A stretch of DNA of 64,000 nucleotides from Paraspadella gotoi (Eukaryota > Animalia > Chaetognatha), in contig CM119263.1 in the NCBI GenBank assembly GCA_051294375.1, forward strand, positions 11,757,130 to 11,821,129, read 5' to 3'. The notes beneath the pieces were generated by a model, which made no database searches, was not told the DNA's origin, and saw only the letters and a program-made list of their open reading frames with translations. Every line of letters starts with the position of its first letter. Position 1 is the stretch's first letter. Below are positions 35,745 through 50,575 of the stretch, one piece after another. Made by a program: the position numbers and the translations under genes.

Positions 35745-38554
35745 CTTTCGCGTTGAACCATCTGCCAAATTAAGCGCCCTCTAATGTAAAGGCCAGCGTC
35801 GAAAGGAACGACCTCCTGACGTCTCGTCCTCTATATAACTTTTCAAATTGGGCCATTCCTTAAGTGGTCTCCTCTAAATATAACATCTCTTAAAACGATA
35901 CTAAAATCTTTATACCGTTGACTTTAAAACCCGTTAATTTATTTCTATTTCCGACAACTGACGAAATAGACGATAGTTTTTGCCTCTCCATTTTTTTTTC
36001 AACATCTCCCATTTTCCAAACGGCTATTTCGGGGAAAAAACTGCCTTTCTCACAAAGTCACGCGCCAAACAAGGGGCCGCTCCTAACCGAGGCCTTTTCG
36101 CCATACGTTCTTTTTACTTTCAAATTGCCCACGCGATCTCGCGTTGCCAAAAAAGCCATCTCATCAGGCGTGCCATCTCTTACGTCGTTTTTCTTGCCAT
36201 CTCTCACGCCATCCTTTTAGTCGTCGCTACGTTTCCCTAGTGTTTTTAAAAATGGATTAAATTTAGAAAAACTAAAGGGAATATTGGAAAGGACTCTGGA
36301 TTTACCTTCGCCGACGAGACGGACAAGTCGTATTTAATGCGTTTCTCCAGTTTTAAATATATAGTTTTTGTAATATAATATCACAGATTTGTCGCAGATT
36401 CCGATTTTATAATTCACTTCCGTCCTACCCCTACAATTATGTAGGTAAATTATTTAAATTATCTTACTAGTATATCAAACTATGAAAAATTATGCCAAAA
36501 ACTACAGGGAATGTACCATTGGGGATCGACCCCGATATTACCTCCTGGTCACGAATGAATGTTACATGCTTATTATAGACCCAGTTAGCATCACTGAAAG
36601 CCAAATAAAAAAACTTCCACTGCGAGGGAATTTTGGCGGAACAGATCGCACGCGCATCGCGAAAAACGAAACGTCCTCCTGATCCGGAAATGGTAACGTC
36701 TTGGCCTCGCCTTGTTTCCATGGCTACGGAAACAGGTGTTTCGACGGTTCATTGATCGCCGCCCGGAGAATTAGCGGCCGCCGGCGACGGCGCCGGGGTT
36801 TTTCTTTAAAGAGCTCGATTCCTCGTGGGCGAATTCTCCGGCGTCGTGTTCTGTTACATAAAAGACGGATCGTACTGGCCTTCCGTCCTTCCCCTTTCTC
36901 TGTCACTTTTGCTGATTCAATTTGCGTTCTTTCAATTTTCTTACTCAGCCCGGGTCATTTTACAGTTTGAGTCATCTCCTTCAACAGATCCGGCCTGTTT
37001 CTGACTTAAGGGTGAGTTTCGGGAGCCAATTTCCTTTCTATAGGGTCGTTCCGTCTTCGTTGCCTTTCTTCCTTCTCCAGCGCCTTTTTTCTGTCTCCTT
37101 TTAAAGCCCTTTATGTTTCGAGCGCCCTTCCACTTCTGCGCTTTTTTTTTCCGCTGTTTTTAAAACGCCCAGATTGGCCTCTCTGTCAAACCGGGCCCCC
37201 GATGCGACCTCTCTTGCCCATTTCGCGATAACGTTTTTGAATGGCGCCATTTTTATTTCGCGCGAACGGCATTTTTTTTTCTTCGCTTCCGAAACTGAAT
37301 TCTTTTCATTTCTTTAAAAAAAAAAATAAAGAAAGAAGGAAACAAAAAGGGATCTTACTAAACCAGTTTCTATTTCGAGAAACATTTGTCTGGCCCGGCA
37401 ACCTTTGTTTCCTTTCATCATTTTCTTTTCTTATCCCCGAATCGGATCAAACATTTTTCTCGCTTCTCCATTTTTTTTTTCGTTGGCATCGGAAATTTTT
37501 TTTAACTGTTCTTTCTTCCATCTTTTTGTTGTTGTTTTTGTTTCACCCCGAGGGGCGAGTAAAGGGTTCGTAAACAAAAGAAAAAAGGAGACGGATTTCT
37601 TTTCTCACTCTTGACATGGAATGAATTTACAAAGCGAGGTTTTTAGCGAGCATTCGCTGCTCTCTACTCGAACCACCTTCCCCCTCTGCCTCCCCCATCG
37701 GGGGCTTCGATTTTCGCCAATGACAGATGCCAGTCGCGGACGGATTGGTTTTTATCGTCAACTATCTCCGTTGAGGCGAATCGCCAAGACCCGCGATTCC
37801 CCGTACTGCGGTTTAACGAATTCTTTTTGACTCTTAACCCTTCTCCCCTCGCCTCTTCCAGTCGACGGACGCGGGAGATTCGACGTTTTTCCGCGACCTT
37901 TGCCGACCGGTTAATTTGCGTCGCCGAACAAGTCCGCGGCGATCGTCCCCCAGCCTCCCGACTGCCCTCACCTGAGGTGACCTTTCCCTGGATCGACTCG
38001 CCCCCGACTCGCCCCCGACTCGCCCGTCATTCCGGTGATTTATGATTCCTTCCCCTTTCGCTTTCCGTTTTTCTTTTTCGAGTCTCCCTTTCGATTTCGC
38101 TCGATTCAAATCCCGTCGCTTGTCAGACTCGGTTAGTGCAAGACTATTTACTGTTTTTTTTTTTAAGGGTTAAAAGAGAATAAAGAAAAACAAAACTGAC
38201 TGCTTTCATGCTGGAAAACAAAACTAGACTTCTTGAAACGAAGGATTCGTTCTGTCTCCGAGTTTTGTTTCCCCAGCGGTTACGGCAACATCAGTCATTG
38301 GCGCCACTGGTTGGGAATTTGGATGTTCGGGCGCAGACGGGTGGGACGATGTAGACTTGTTACTTCTGAATAGTTTATACGCTAGTCTCTAGATTCTTGG
38401 TCTTGTTTTACGCCCATCTGGCTTCTGGCATAAGAGGAAGAGATTGAAGGAATAAAGAAGGAAAACGAGAAAGCAAGCGATAAAAAAAGAGAGAGATAGA
38501 AAATGAGAGAGAGAGAGAAAGAGAGAGAGCGAAAAAGAAAAAGAGAGAGAGAGG

Positions 38555-38620
<66 letters not shown>

Positions 38621-41600
38621 AAGAGCGATATGCTCTTGACATCAGAGTCATTGTTGTGATTCTCTTTCGGTCGACTGCCATCAATGGCGTTGGTTTTCCG
38701 GAAAGATGTGGACGACGCCCGTCGATAGTTGGGGGGGGGAATAACACGCGCCAACGGGAAAATAATACCACGCTTCCTCTCCTTCTTCTCCATTTATTCG
38801 CCTCTCTTCCTATTCTCCTCTCTTCTTTTATCTTACTCTCTCATTTTCTTCTTCGTCTCTTTTCCTGTTCCTCTTTACTCTCCTCTTCTTATCTAGTCTT
38901 TCCCAAACCCTTCTTCTCTCTCCCACTCTCCCTCTCTTTCTTCCTCCTCTATCCTTCCTCTTTCCCTCTTACCTTCACTTGTCTCTTACCATTACTACCC
39001 TTCCTCGTTCCTTTTCTTCTCTCTTTCCTCCTCTTCCCCTTCTCCTCTCCCTACTATCTCCCTACTTCTTATCCTCTCCTTCCTTACTCCTCTTCCTTCC
39101 TACTTTTCTCTTCTCTTTCTACTACCTCTATCACTCATACCTCTCCTCATTCCCTCTATCCTCTTTCTCTTCTCTCTCTTCTTCTCTCTCTCTACTTTTC
39201 TTTCCTCTCACCTCTGCCCCCTCTCCCCTCCTATCTTCCAGCTCTCTCTCTCTTCTCTCTTCTTCTCTCTCTCTCTACTCTCTTCTCTCTCTTCTCTCTC
39301 CTCTCCTTTTTCTTTCTCGTCTCTTTTTTTTTTTACGCGTTTCTCTTCCCCACCATCCCCATCTTGTCTAGCTCTTTATAGCTTTATAAACAAAAAAAAA
39401 ATTTATCTGACGCTTAGCAACGTCAACAAAGTTGACGAGCGCCAACGCCAACGACAACGTCAACGGTGGGACGATGGTTTGACTTTTAAGCAAAATGATC
39501 GCCGATTAATTATTAACTTTGTTTACTTTTTAAACGGGATTCATTATAATAAATCGGTTGTTGACGTTGCGAAATCCTTCTCGCGTGCTAGGGAAAGGTT
39601 GACGTTTCCCGGGGCCAGAGAGATAACGCGATAAGCCGAGAGATAGTGGGAAGGGAGAGCGAGGATAACGATTAGTAGGGAAGTGGAGCATCGCGACCCG
39701 AGGCCCCGTCACTGGTCCAATAGAGATGATAATGCTGTGAATATCTAAACGGTGAGATAAAAATATTCACTTTACGAGCTTCGTGTCGATAACCGGGAAA
39801 TTCGTGGTAACGTCGAAGAATCTTAGCAACATCGGAATTCGTGTACTCGACTCCCGGAGGTCGGCGGTGTTTCAGAGGTCTCAGATGAGATTGACCGAGG
39901 GTCCATCGGTCGGAGGATCCGAGATATTCATGACGTTTCGGCCCTAAAGACCCAAATGTCGGTCGAGGGTGAACTTCGCCCCGGACGAACGATATGGGGG
40001 CGGACGGCCGAGCGACCGATTCCTCGATTTTCCGATTGTGGACGTTTGTTTGGAGAAATGCAATTTATTGCCAATAGATCTAAGTAGTATTGCTATTTTT
40101 ATAATCGTCAATGGTTTTGAGGAAATCATACATTTAATTTATTTAATATTTTAAAAAAATATATAAAAAAGTGTAAATTTTAATATTATCGTCTTCAGAA
40201 AAAAAAAAAAACTGAACAAGAGCTCGAAACAGGTACAACCAATATTATAAACACTTAAATACTTATAAAACCTTAAGTGTAGTTATTTCTGTTGTTACTC
40301 GGGTCTAACGCGCCGTACGCGTCGCCGGTCACGCCGTCTCTTGTCCCTGGATTCTCTTTGACTCGAAATACGAAACAAGAAAATGACGAAGAAAAAAGAG
40401 AAAAAAAAAAGGCGCGAGTTTTATGAGGCTTAACATCTGCGTTTATTGGAAATGAAGGTTACCGAAGCCGCGTATGGAAAGGGAGCCTTTTCCTCTTTGG
40501 GAGAGAAGGGCTCTTTCGGTTGAGGGAAGCTGGGTTTGGCGTTAGATTAACACTTTAATGTGGCCCGACTTTACATGTATTACCAGAACAGACAGGTTTG
40601 ATTTATAGATTATATCAAGGGGAAGGTCAAGAAACAAAATTCTTCACTCTCCATTACTCAGTTTCATCTCCCGTTAATATTTTAAAAAAAAATAAAACCG
40701 TGGTCTCATTTCTCGTTTTGATTTTTCTATCAAGTCTAAAATGTTTGTAAAGCCGCCAGATTCCTCGAACGCTTTCGATTCGATTCCACGAGCTTCTTTG
40801 TTATTACAAGCGCTGTTTCGTGGGGAAATCGGTTTAACTAAATAATGAAAACTTTCATGAAACTCTTTCCTCTTTCGAAGAATCATTGGTTCGACCTTTA
40901 CTCTTTCTTTTTTTTTCCTTCTGTTTCTTTTACTGTCATTGCTTCCTTCACTGCCATTTTTTTTTAGCCCTAGCCAAGGTTTTAAAAAACGTCGTTCTTT
41001 TTTGGCAACGAAAAAGTGTGACCGAAAATTGACAAATTATGAGTTACGAAATCACAAGAAAGGAAGAGGGTCGCACATTGGAACAGCAGAGGAACACATC
41101 ACCTTTTACGAGGTCGACTATAACACCGTCCAGGACGAAAACGACGAAAAAGATGATGCCGATTTCGACGACGAAGACGACGACGACTATTAGAACGAAA
41201 ATAACCCCGTCTCTAGAGACTCTGCCAAGAGGGAGAGTGGATGACTCGCAATCTTTCTATTCCATCTGGCGGTTTTGGGACGTCGAGGTTTGTTTCCCTG
41301 ACAGCGGGAGTGGCAGTATCGGCTTCGCTAATGAGTTCGATGGGGAGAGCGAATTTCCCGGCCTGAGGTGAAAAAGGACGTTGCGTCACTCCTGGCCGAA
41401 CGCGTTCGTATCACAGAGTAGCATAACCTATAGTATATTTAATCTTTTCGCCACATTCTTTCTTAAGTTTTTATCTCCCTTTTTCAGCAATCGCGGTGTG
41501 ACTTTCTATTTTTACCTGTCGTGTATTGTTCAAACCGGTTTTCATGTATTAGATTCGAGAAAACAATGTTGTCATATCTTTAGTTTTACTAGTTATTTTC

Positions 41601-42498
41601 TTGTTAGTCGTTATCTTCGTTATTATGATCGAAGCTGTTGTTGGTAAATGCTCTTATGCATTTTCCTTTTCTCAGCCTCCTGTTCTTCCTTTTCTTTTTC
41701 CTTTCGCATATCCTCTGCCTTCCTTTCTTCCCTTCTTCCTTTTCACTCGACCTCCTTCTCCCCGGCAGGAAATTTCATTTTACGCTTTTCGAACAAAAAC
41801 TTCTTCTCTTCGGAGGAACGAGGTGAAGCGAGAGCGAGGGGAAAGGGCGAGCCAGAGGAAGTATGGAGACTGGAGAGGAAATACGAGGGAGATCATGTGC
41901 GGAGGGAAGAGGGGAAGAGAGCAGGGGGGTTTGGGTGAAATACATTTAAAGGTAAGGTGGGTTGCGACGGCGAGGTTGAGCTAGGAATTGAAATAAAGAA
42001 GAAAAGAATGATGAAAAAAAGAAAATAATTAAAGAATAGAGGAAATGATAAAAATTGGGTTGAAAATCGTTGAAAAAACTTTTACAACGATAAAATGGTA
42101 GACTAATGTTATTTTCAGGAAACAAAACTCTTCCCTCCCCAAAAAATCCAGCGAAGCCTCGGAACAAAATGCCAAAGATAAGAAAATATGCCTTAGGACC
42201 AAAAATAAAAAATCGACGGGAAAAAAAAAGTTTCTAAAGAGCTCAAGGAAAGGAAAATGAGCCGGGGTTAAAATAAAGACATAAGACCCGGATGGGAGGG
42301 AAGGAAAACAATCAGTATATCGATGGGGGTCGAGAAAAGGGTATGGCGTCTAAGGGTGGGGGAGGTGTGGTGAAAACTGGGCGACTGCATGGAAACGGGG
42401 GAGATGGCTGGAGGAGAAATGAGACCCGGATGAGAGAAAAATCCTTCCACGCGAAAAGACAAGAGGGCGGAATTAAAAAGGCTAAATAGGATAATTGT

Positions 42499-42572
<74 letters not shown>

Positions 42573-45500
42573 ATCATATCGTCGTTCCTGAAAGAATTAA
42601 AAACACGGAAAGCCCGTTTTCTGTGAAGAGAATCATTCGTGAGCGATTCGAAGGAGTTGTTACGATGGAAAATTGAAAACTAGAGGGAACAATGGCGTCT
42701 GCATGGAGGGTATTGATTAAACGGCTGTGGGGATTGAACGTTGCATTGTGGTTTTGGATCACACTCAGATGGGATTGGACGACCCAATCGGTGGAACGTC
42801 TCGAAATGAAATAGGGGAATAGGAAGAGAGAAAGTGAATGTGAAAAGTTGAACGAAAGCAGGGATCACCGGTGAGGTGAAGATAGAAAAAAAAAAACCCG
42901 GAAGATAGAAGGCTTTTTATTTTACAAGATGAAATTTAACTCTAAAATATTCTCCCAACAGATGTTGGAGGCCAAATCTGTCAACTCAAGGGGAAAAAAA
43001 TGAAATTTAGGTCAAGCAAAGAAAAAGGTCGAATCCCAAGGGTTTGCGCCCGAACGTTTTTAAAAAGGGCCCGATTACGAGGGTTCGGAAATATAGGTCA
43101 GGTCAGAACATTCGGGTCGAACGCGTTTATGGACGCGAAAGAGATAAACCCGATTCACGATGGTGTACATTGATGAGAGGCGCGCGCGAAGGCTTCGAGG
43201 CTCGAGCGCGCGGATGTTATAAAATCGAGGGTCGCTACGCTAACGGCCCTGGTAAGGTCGCGGGGCAAGGGTGAGAAATGGAAGCGGGTGAGGCGAAGTC
43301 GTTACATACGCGACGAGAATATGAAAGATACTATCTTCGTGAAAGCAGCGATAAGACGGGACCTCGAAAATTACAAGATGGCGTCGTTTCGGCTGATGCA
43401 TGTAATTTTTATGAAGAACGTAATTCATTCTGGAAGATTGAAACGCACACGATGTTTATATTATCGAACTGGTTGGTCTGAAAATACGATTTCGTAAGCG
43501 GATTGGCAGGGGAATGGATTTTGTTTTCGAGTCGGAATGAAATACGACGAAGACGAGTCGAGGGAATTGATTCGATTTTAATGTTTCAAGTCGCTGACTA
43601 AAAGGAGGAAGAAGAAATTTATCCCCGGAGACGCGAAATTCTAAAAAACGAGACTCGGGGAAAAAATTGGATTCCTGTATTCAATGTTTGACATATTATT
43701 ATTAATCAAAATGTTTAATCAAAGCTTCTATAAAAATGGAAAACATCGCGTCAAAATTAAAAAAAAAATCACGATTGTTATTTTTTTGCCGTTTTATTTC
43801 ATGGATTTTTTTTTTTTTTTCGTGTAATCGCTTCAATCGGAATTCTTTCCTTCTGCGGTTTATGCATAAATGCTTTGGAGTTTTCAATGACAGAATGAAA
43901 CCTGAATACGACGGCTTCCCGTCGATTTTCGCCTTTCTTATATTTTTTTTTCTTTGAAATCGCACGCGCGATTTCTATGAAAAAGATTTCGAATCGCTTA
44001 TAATACATAATGTATGTCATTTTTGTCGCAAGAGGTTCTCAGCCTTAATCTCGTATCACCCAAGACGGTCTACGACTGAAACGTTCATAACCGCCTCCAA
44101 TAATAATAAAGCGGTGGCGATTACCATAAACCTTCGAGCGGGTGATTCTGGATAATTGCTCTCCCCTTCGCCGTCGCCGACGCCATCTTGTCCGACCTTC
44201 TCGATATTTTTTTTTTCATTCGAATTAACTTCTTCTCCGAGTCTCCTTCGCGCTCAATGATTTCTCCAACAGTCTTAAGTTCCAGGGTGGTCGTGTTTTC
44301 CGTCAATACGAAGCCGGCGCGGGTCTTGGTGCAAGCGTCGATGCAGATGCCGTTTTTCGTAAGGACGGAAGGTCTCTTCTTGAGTGTGTCTTCGATCATT
44401 TCAAAGTGTGCCAAATTCAATTAAAATAAATTGATTCAAAACATTACATTTTCAAACTATCATTCGGAATCGGCTAATTTCAACTGTTTAAACAAAAAGT
44501 GTAAATGAAATTTGGAAAACGTGGGTGAAAAGCCAAAAACCGTTGTATAAAAAAACAACAACGGATCTACTTAGATCGAAATGTTGCAGAGAGGCCTCCA
44601 ACGCGATCCCTCGCCGCAACGAAAACACCCGAACCCTAGGCGATTTTGTTGGTTAAAAAAAAAAAAAAAATCCGCTGCGAGAAAAGTAAATCGAGTGAGA
44701 AAATTGGTTATTGTCGCGTTATTGTTATGCGTCTTTGAGATGAGAAGGAAAGAGACAAGGGGTGAAAAACACTGGAATGGCTGGAGGAAAAAAAGAGAAG
44801 GAAAACAAATCTCAAAGGAAGAGAAAAAACAAGAAAAAAAGAAGACATAAGGAAAGAAAACACGAGGAAAGACAAAGGAAAAGAAAGAAGAAACGCTAAC
44901 TCGCTAACAATCGAACGAATTCGTAGCCTCGGGCGAAAAGAGGGCTTCACAAAACGACACGGTTGCAAATGGCCGTTTTTTTTGGACCGACTCTTTTTCT
45001 CTAAGCATTTATGCTTATTTCGCTAAATCGCGAGAAGAGTCGAATGACAAAGAATCTTCTTCAGCCTCTTTCTTTTTTTTTCATAAAAAGAAACTGTATT
45101 TGCTGGCATTCCTCGCTTTCCAACTCAGCATTCGTCTCTATATGGATGACTGCATAATGCATATACCAGCATATTTTGCGGCATTCTTCTCTCACAACCA
45201 TCATCATTTGCATTCCTCCTCAGAGTCTAAAGAGCGAAAAAGAAAATAAGGACTCTATATAAAGTAAATATAGAGAGAAAAAAGATAATCGTGGTTTTTG
45301 ATGAATGGTCAACATGTTATTTCTTGCTCACTTTTCTTTTTTCACTTTACTATAATCTTCTCATATCGTCAAATTAAATCAATTCAACTTTATTTATTTA
45401 ATTCGATTAAAAAGCAAAGCAACAGGCGAGAAACGAAAAGAAGGAAAGGGGATATTGATCTACGACGATGCAGATAAAGGTGGGACGGGAATGAGAAAAA

Positions 45501-45674
45501 GGAAAAGTTGAGGAATAAAGGAGAAGAGGAAAGCAAAGATTGACGACTGGGTCGATGAAGGCGGAATACGAGTCCCATGAGTTCTAACTTACCTCCAGCT
45601 GCAAACCATCAACGTCTCCATTCTAAAACCAGACATTTCAACTTTATGACGCGAATGCTTTCGACCTCTCGTTA

Positions 45675-45755
<81 letters not shown>

Positions 45756-47298
45756 CTCAGCAAGGGTCGTAAAAAACATAGTCGAAGCTTGACGTTGGAG
45801 TTGACAGGATTTATGCAGAGTATCCGCGGTTTACCTCCGCAGTTTCTCCGCATCGCGGCTTCGCACCACCGAAGGATTAATTCTCACCGGATGCGAGGAA
45901 GGCGGTGTCGATTCGAAAAAAAAAGCAAAAAAAAAAAAAAAAAGAGCGCATTTTATAGTTCAGCAACGCTAGATAATTTAATTTTTTTCATTCTGTTTTC
46001 CAACATCCAATAACCGCGTTTTTTTCTTCCCTTCTAATTTTTTTTTTACGGTGTTCCACCCCGACGCATAAGGGCCTAAAAGATTCCTATTCGCCCAGAG
46101 ATTGAGGCCCGAAACCTGGACGTGGACGTTCCACCCAAAGGCACGGCGCCTAAAAAGCGACGTAGAGGCGACGTCGACTTGGGGCCGAAATTCGCGCCTC
46201 TGAATGTTGATATAACCCGATTATTGCCTTCGTTCCCTGTTGGTTTTGGATTTTCCTTCTCCCCCTTCGAAGGCCTTCCTTCCAAGCCGATATTGGTAAT
46301 CCATATTTGATCCGACATCGTTCCCCTTCGAGATTCCTCGAAAAAAAAAAGTTTTTCCTTTTGGCCGCCGGCAGATGTCATAATCGTCGCTGTGGTCGTC
46401 ATCGTCGTCGTTGTTGTCATTATGGTCGTCAGTTTTTTTTGTTATTTTTGTTTTTTGAGGTCTGATAGAAAGAAGTTTGCTACAAAGTTGAAAACGTTAT
46501 TGTCATATTAACTTTTAAAACAACATCCAAAAATAGATTTAACTGAAAAAGGGACACAACCTATTTGATTCATTAAAATATCACAAACTAGTGAGGAACT
46601 AAGGAGGAAAAAAGGGAAAAGAAGGGGGGAAAAAAGACGAAAAGAGCGCGGAAAAAAAATAATTTGAGAGTCTACAAAACTTCTCGGCGACAAAAGATGA
46701 GGCTTTTTTCTTTCGCCCTCAACTTCGCTTTGTCTTCTCTCCTCCGTTTCATAAATTCACTCACTTTTTTAAAAAATAGTTATGGGTTTTTCTTCTTGGC
46801 GTTCATTGTTTCTTTCCGAATCGGCGACGACGACGAGGACGACGATAATAGAAAACGATGAACAAGAACAAGAAAACAAAACGACATCGAGGACTACGAC
46901 ATCATCGTGAAAAACGATGTTCTGGCGGAAGAAGTAAACAGTAAAACGGAAAAGACGACGACGACGAGAAAGACGACGACGACAACTACTACGACGAGAA
47001 TGAAGTCGACAAGCCTGACGACGACGATAACGACGACGACGACGAAATGAAACGGGGGAGACGGTATTAAGATCAAATTAACAAAGAAAATCCCCGCTAT
47101 TTTTATTTTCATTGGGAGTCACGGAGCCTCGGAGTCGGCGTCGAGTGGGATTTTCAAGAGAATATCTTTTGTTTCTGGAAATCGAGTGAAGCGAATCACG
47201 TGACTGAAGGGAGAGACGCAGGCTCACCCAAGAGAGACGAGCAATACATATAATGGCGAAGAAAATCTCAATTTCACTCTTGGGAAAAGTAAAAAAGT

Positions 47299-47427
<129 letters not shown>

Positions 47428-48837
47428 GAGAGTCGTTACGATCTCCACCAGTCTCCGCAATCGGTTTGCATTTTTCATCGGCGCTGGTTATGGTGGTTAT
47501 GGTGGTTATGGTGGTCATAATTTAACATAAAGGAGGAGATTTGAATCTCATCTCGATTCCGATGATGATTTCTGCGGGGGAAAGTTTTTTCACGCGGGAT
47601 TTCGTGATCTCCCCGCGGGTGAGGTTATCCCTGGCAGATAATAACGGATTTTGTTTGGTGAGGACGTCGCCGATCTTGACGTCTGTCGATGAAAGTCCTA
47701 GATATCAAATTTAGTCGATGGATACATATGATCGAAAATGTTTTTAGTATATATGTCGTACTTATTTACCATCTGTTTCCTAATGGTTGACGTATTTTTG
47801 GCGTCGCAATCCCCCAGTTCTAAAAAGAAACGAGAATCCATCGGTGTCGCATCATTAGTCCGATCATCAAGGAGCCGCGAATAGATTTATCATGATAATT
47901 TTTATGAGTCGAACGCAAACATTGAAATGAGGATCTGATCCGATTACCTGGAGACTCGAAACGCCGGGATTTGTTTTCGCTCTCGGGAGAAAAGGCGGTG
48001 ATATTTGCTCGGGCAAATACTTCCGAGCCATTGAGGTTGAATCTCGCAAACGTAGAGAGACTTTTATTGCCACTCGGAAAGAAAAATATCATTAAGGCCG
48101 ATTAATGTTATTTAGTCTTTTAATGTTTCGCCACGTGATTATAATAAAATTTAATATTCTGCATTACCTTTAAGATGGGTTCACAAAAAGAATACCTTTA
48201 GTTCAGAAAAGCCAAGAGCTTTAGTCTCACCTTTAGTCTAGCACCTTTCTAAAACCTCCTGACCTGGCCACCACCAGCATCACTAAAACTTAAAAAAAAA
48301 AGCTTTTCTATCTCACTCTTTTCGCTTGACACTTTTCTTCTTTTTATCCTCCTCTTGATTAAATTTTCACTTTAAGATTGATTTTTTTTAAAGAATGTTT
48401 TGCTTTGCTCCAACGTTTTCAATTTTTTTTTAAATGAACATTTATCGTAACAACATAGCCAGCATTAACGTGTTTTTTCGTCAAATTTAAAAAGTGTTGA
48501 GGCTTTTAACATTAAAAAACATTACGTATTGAGAGAGTAATTCAAATAATTAAAATAAGTATTTAAACAAGTTTATTATTTCTTCTCTATCTCGACATCA
48601 TGACGCAATGTTTAAAGACATTTTTTTTTGGCAAAGCCTTTTCGTTACTCTTATATTATTGATGCACTTTTTCTCGATTGGAATACAACCGATTTATCAG
48701 GACTCCATTTCTTCGAGATCTCCGAGTTGGATACTTCTTTCGTTTACCAACATAATTTTTGGGTCTATTTTCCCTTCTCCTTCTCCTTCTCCTCCTTTAT
48801 TTTTCGATGCTTTTCTTTTATTTAATTTCCTTCTTTC

Positions 48838-48990
48838 CTTCCTTCCTCTCCTTCTTCTTCCTTCCTTCCTTCCTTCCTTCCTTCCTTCCTTCCTTCCTTC
48901 CTTCCTTCCTTCCTTCCTTCCTTCTTCCTCCTTCTTCCTTCCTTCCTTCCTTCCTTCCTTCCTCCTTCCTTCCTTCATACCTTCCTTCCT
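48838..48990. repeat. (CTTC)n microsatellite
   Basis: Directly visible. Confidence 0.95.
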
Positions 48991-49897
48991 TCTCTTCCTT
49001 AATTCCACTTTTTCCTTCTATCTCCTTCAACCCTCGCTATTTTTTTCTGCAACTTTGTGTCTCTTCTCCCTCCCTCCTTTTTTTTTTCGTCTTTCCTCTC
49101 TTCTCTCTTCTCCCCTCCCCTTCTCTCCCCTCCAATCCCCTCCCCCCTCTCCTCCCCATCCCTCCCTCCCAGTCTTCGTTCGACGACTTCGTCAGCGCTT
49201 TTATCGTGCTTACCTCTGTTTGGCCGACGACGGAAAATCAAGACGAATCGATGTCATCATCTTAGTATCATAGCCGCGTCATTTTCATGTCATTTTCATG
49301 TCATTTCCATATCGTTGCTTCCACGTCTTCCTTTCATCAGCCGTCTCTTCGCCCGGCAAATCTCATTTATCAATATTTACCACGACGGGCTTAAAAAACG
49401 ACCGTTTTCAAAATTTCGTGGATTTTCATGCTGGCAGTTCGAGAGAGAACAAATTGTAGAAACCCCTGAAAACGGCGTACGACTCAATTGTCTGACACAT
49501 GTTCGTTCCCGTTAAAGAACATAGACGATGAAATTTTAAGATTGTAGGCAAATTTGACATGTATAATTGTATATTGTAAATAGTCATGGACAATGTACGA
49601 TTTATTAAGCACAAAAAAATACTAAAGAAAGAAAGATCCAGTTGAAAATAAAAACAAAAGTAACGAGGAAAAAAACGAACAAAGAATCAAAGGTAAAACC
49701 AAGAATGAACTAAAAAAGAATAAACAACAGAAATAGTAAAATAAAAAATAAATAAAAAAGAAAGATTTAACGTCGCACCCGCATGCGAGACCTGGAACCG
49801 AAGCCGGTGGCATGGAATCTCTTCCATCGACGCCCAGAGGAGTAAAACTCGTAGTCGTCAGCGTCGTCGGAAATATAAGTGACGGGGAAGAGAGAGA

Positions 49898-49934
<37 letters not shown>

Positions 49935-49939
49935 AAGAG

Positions 49940-49970
<31 letters not shown>

Positions 49971-50019
49971 CGAATCACGTTCACAGTTTTGATTTCAGCT
50001 AACAAATTGAATAATAAAA

Positions 50020-50053
50020 TATTATTATTATTATTATTATATTATTATTATTA

Positions 50054-50097
<44 letters not shown>
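50020..50097. repeat. (TTA)n microsatellite; similar (AAT)n at 56469-56561 and (AAAT)n at 59216-59273
   Basis: Directly visible. Confidence 0.95.
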
Positions 50098-50521
50098 CAT
50101 TCTTTTAAATGGCTTCTCGATTTAAAAGAATATAATATAAAAATAACAAATGAAAATGATGGACCGATGAAAATTTTAGATCCATTGATCTTCAACAATT
50201 GCCGGACTGAAACCGTGCAAAACCGTTATCAACGGGCGAACGAAGAGGCTCGACAATTTTTTTCTAAAAATTGACAAACCGATTGACTTAGTTTTATTTT
50301 TCATTGACTCCTGAACATTTGCGCTTAATACGTGTAATTTTCAAAGCATGAGTAGTATTGAATACTGTATGAAATATTTAAATTTAGACAAATATCATAG
50401 AAAAAACTTATTCTCCTAATACGGAATTGGAATCTTCTTCCGAAAAAAATCTCTACGAGACATTTCTCACATCAGGATATATCTTCACTCATTCTAACTT
50501 TTATTCTTCCTCATTAACTGA

Positions 50522-50575
<54 letters not shown>

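Noticed and set aside
39840-40025. Run of short hairpins (e.g. GACCGA/TCGGTC, TCGGTCG/CGACCGA)
   Set aside because: Stems are short and built from CGA/TCG words that are abundant here; there is no clear nested architecture like that at 53.8-54.1 kb.
44121-44420. 99-aa minus-strand ORF with ordinary composition
   Set aside because: No recognisable homology, no clear acceptor or start, and no linked exons; it may still be an exon of an unresolved gene.
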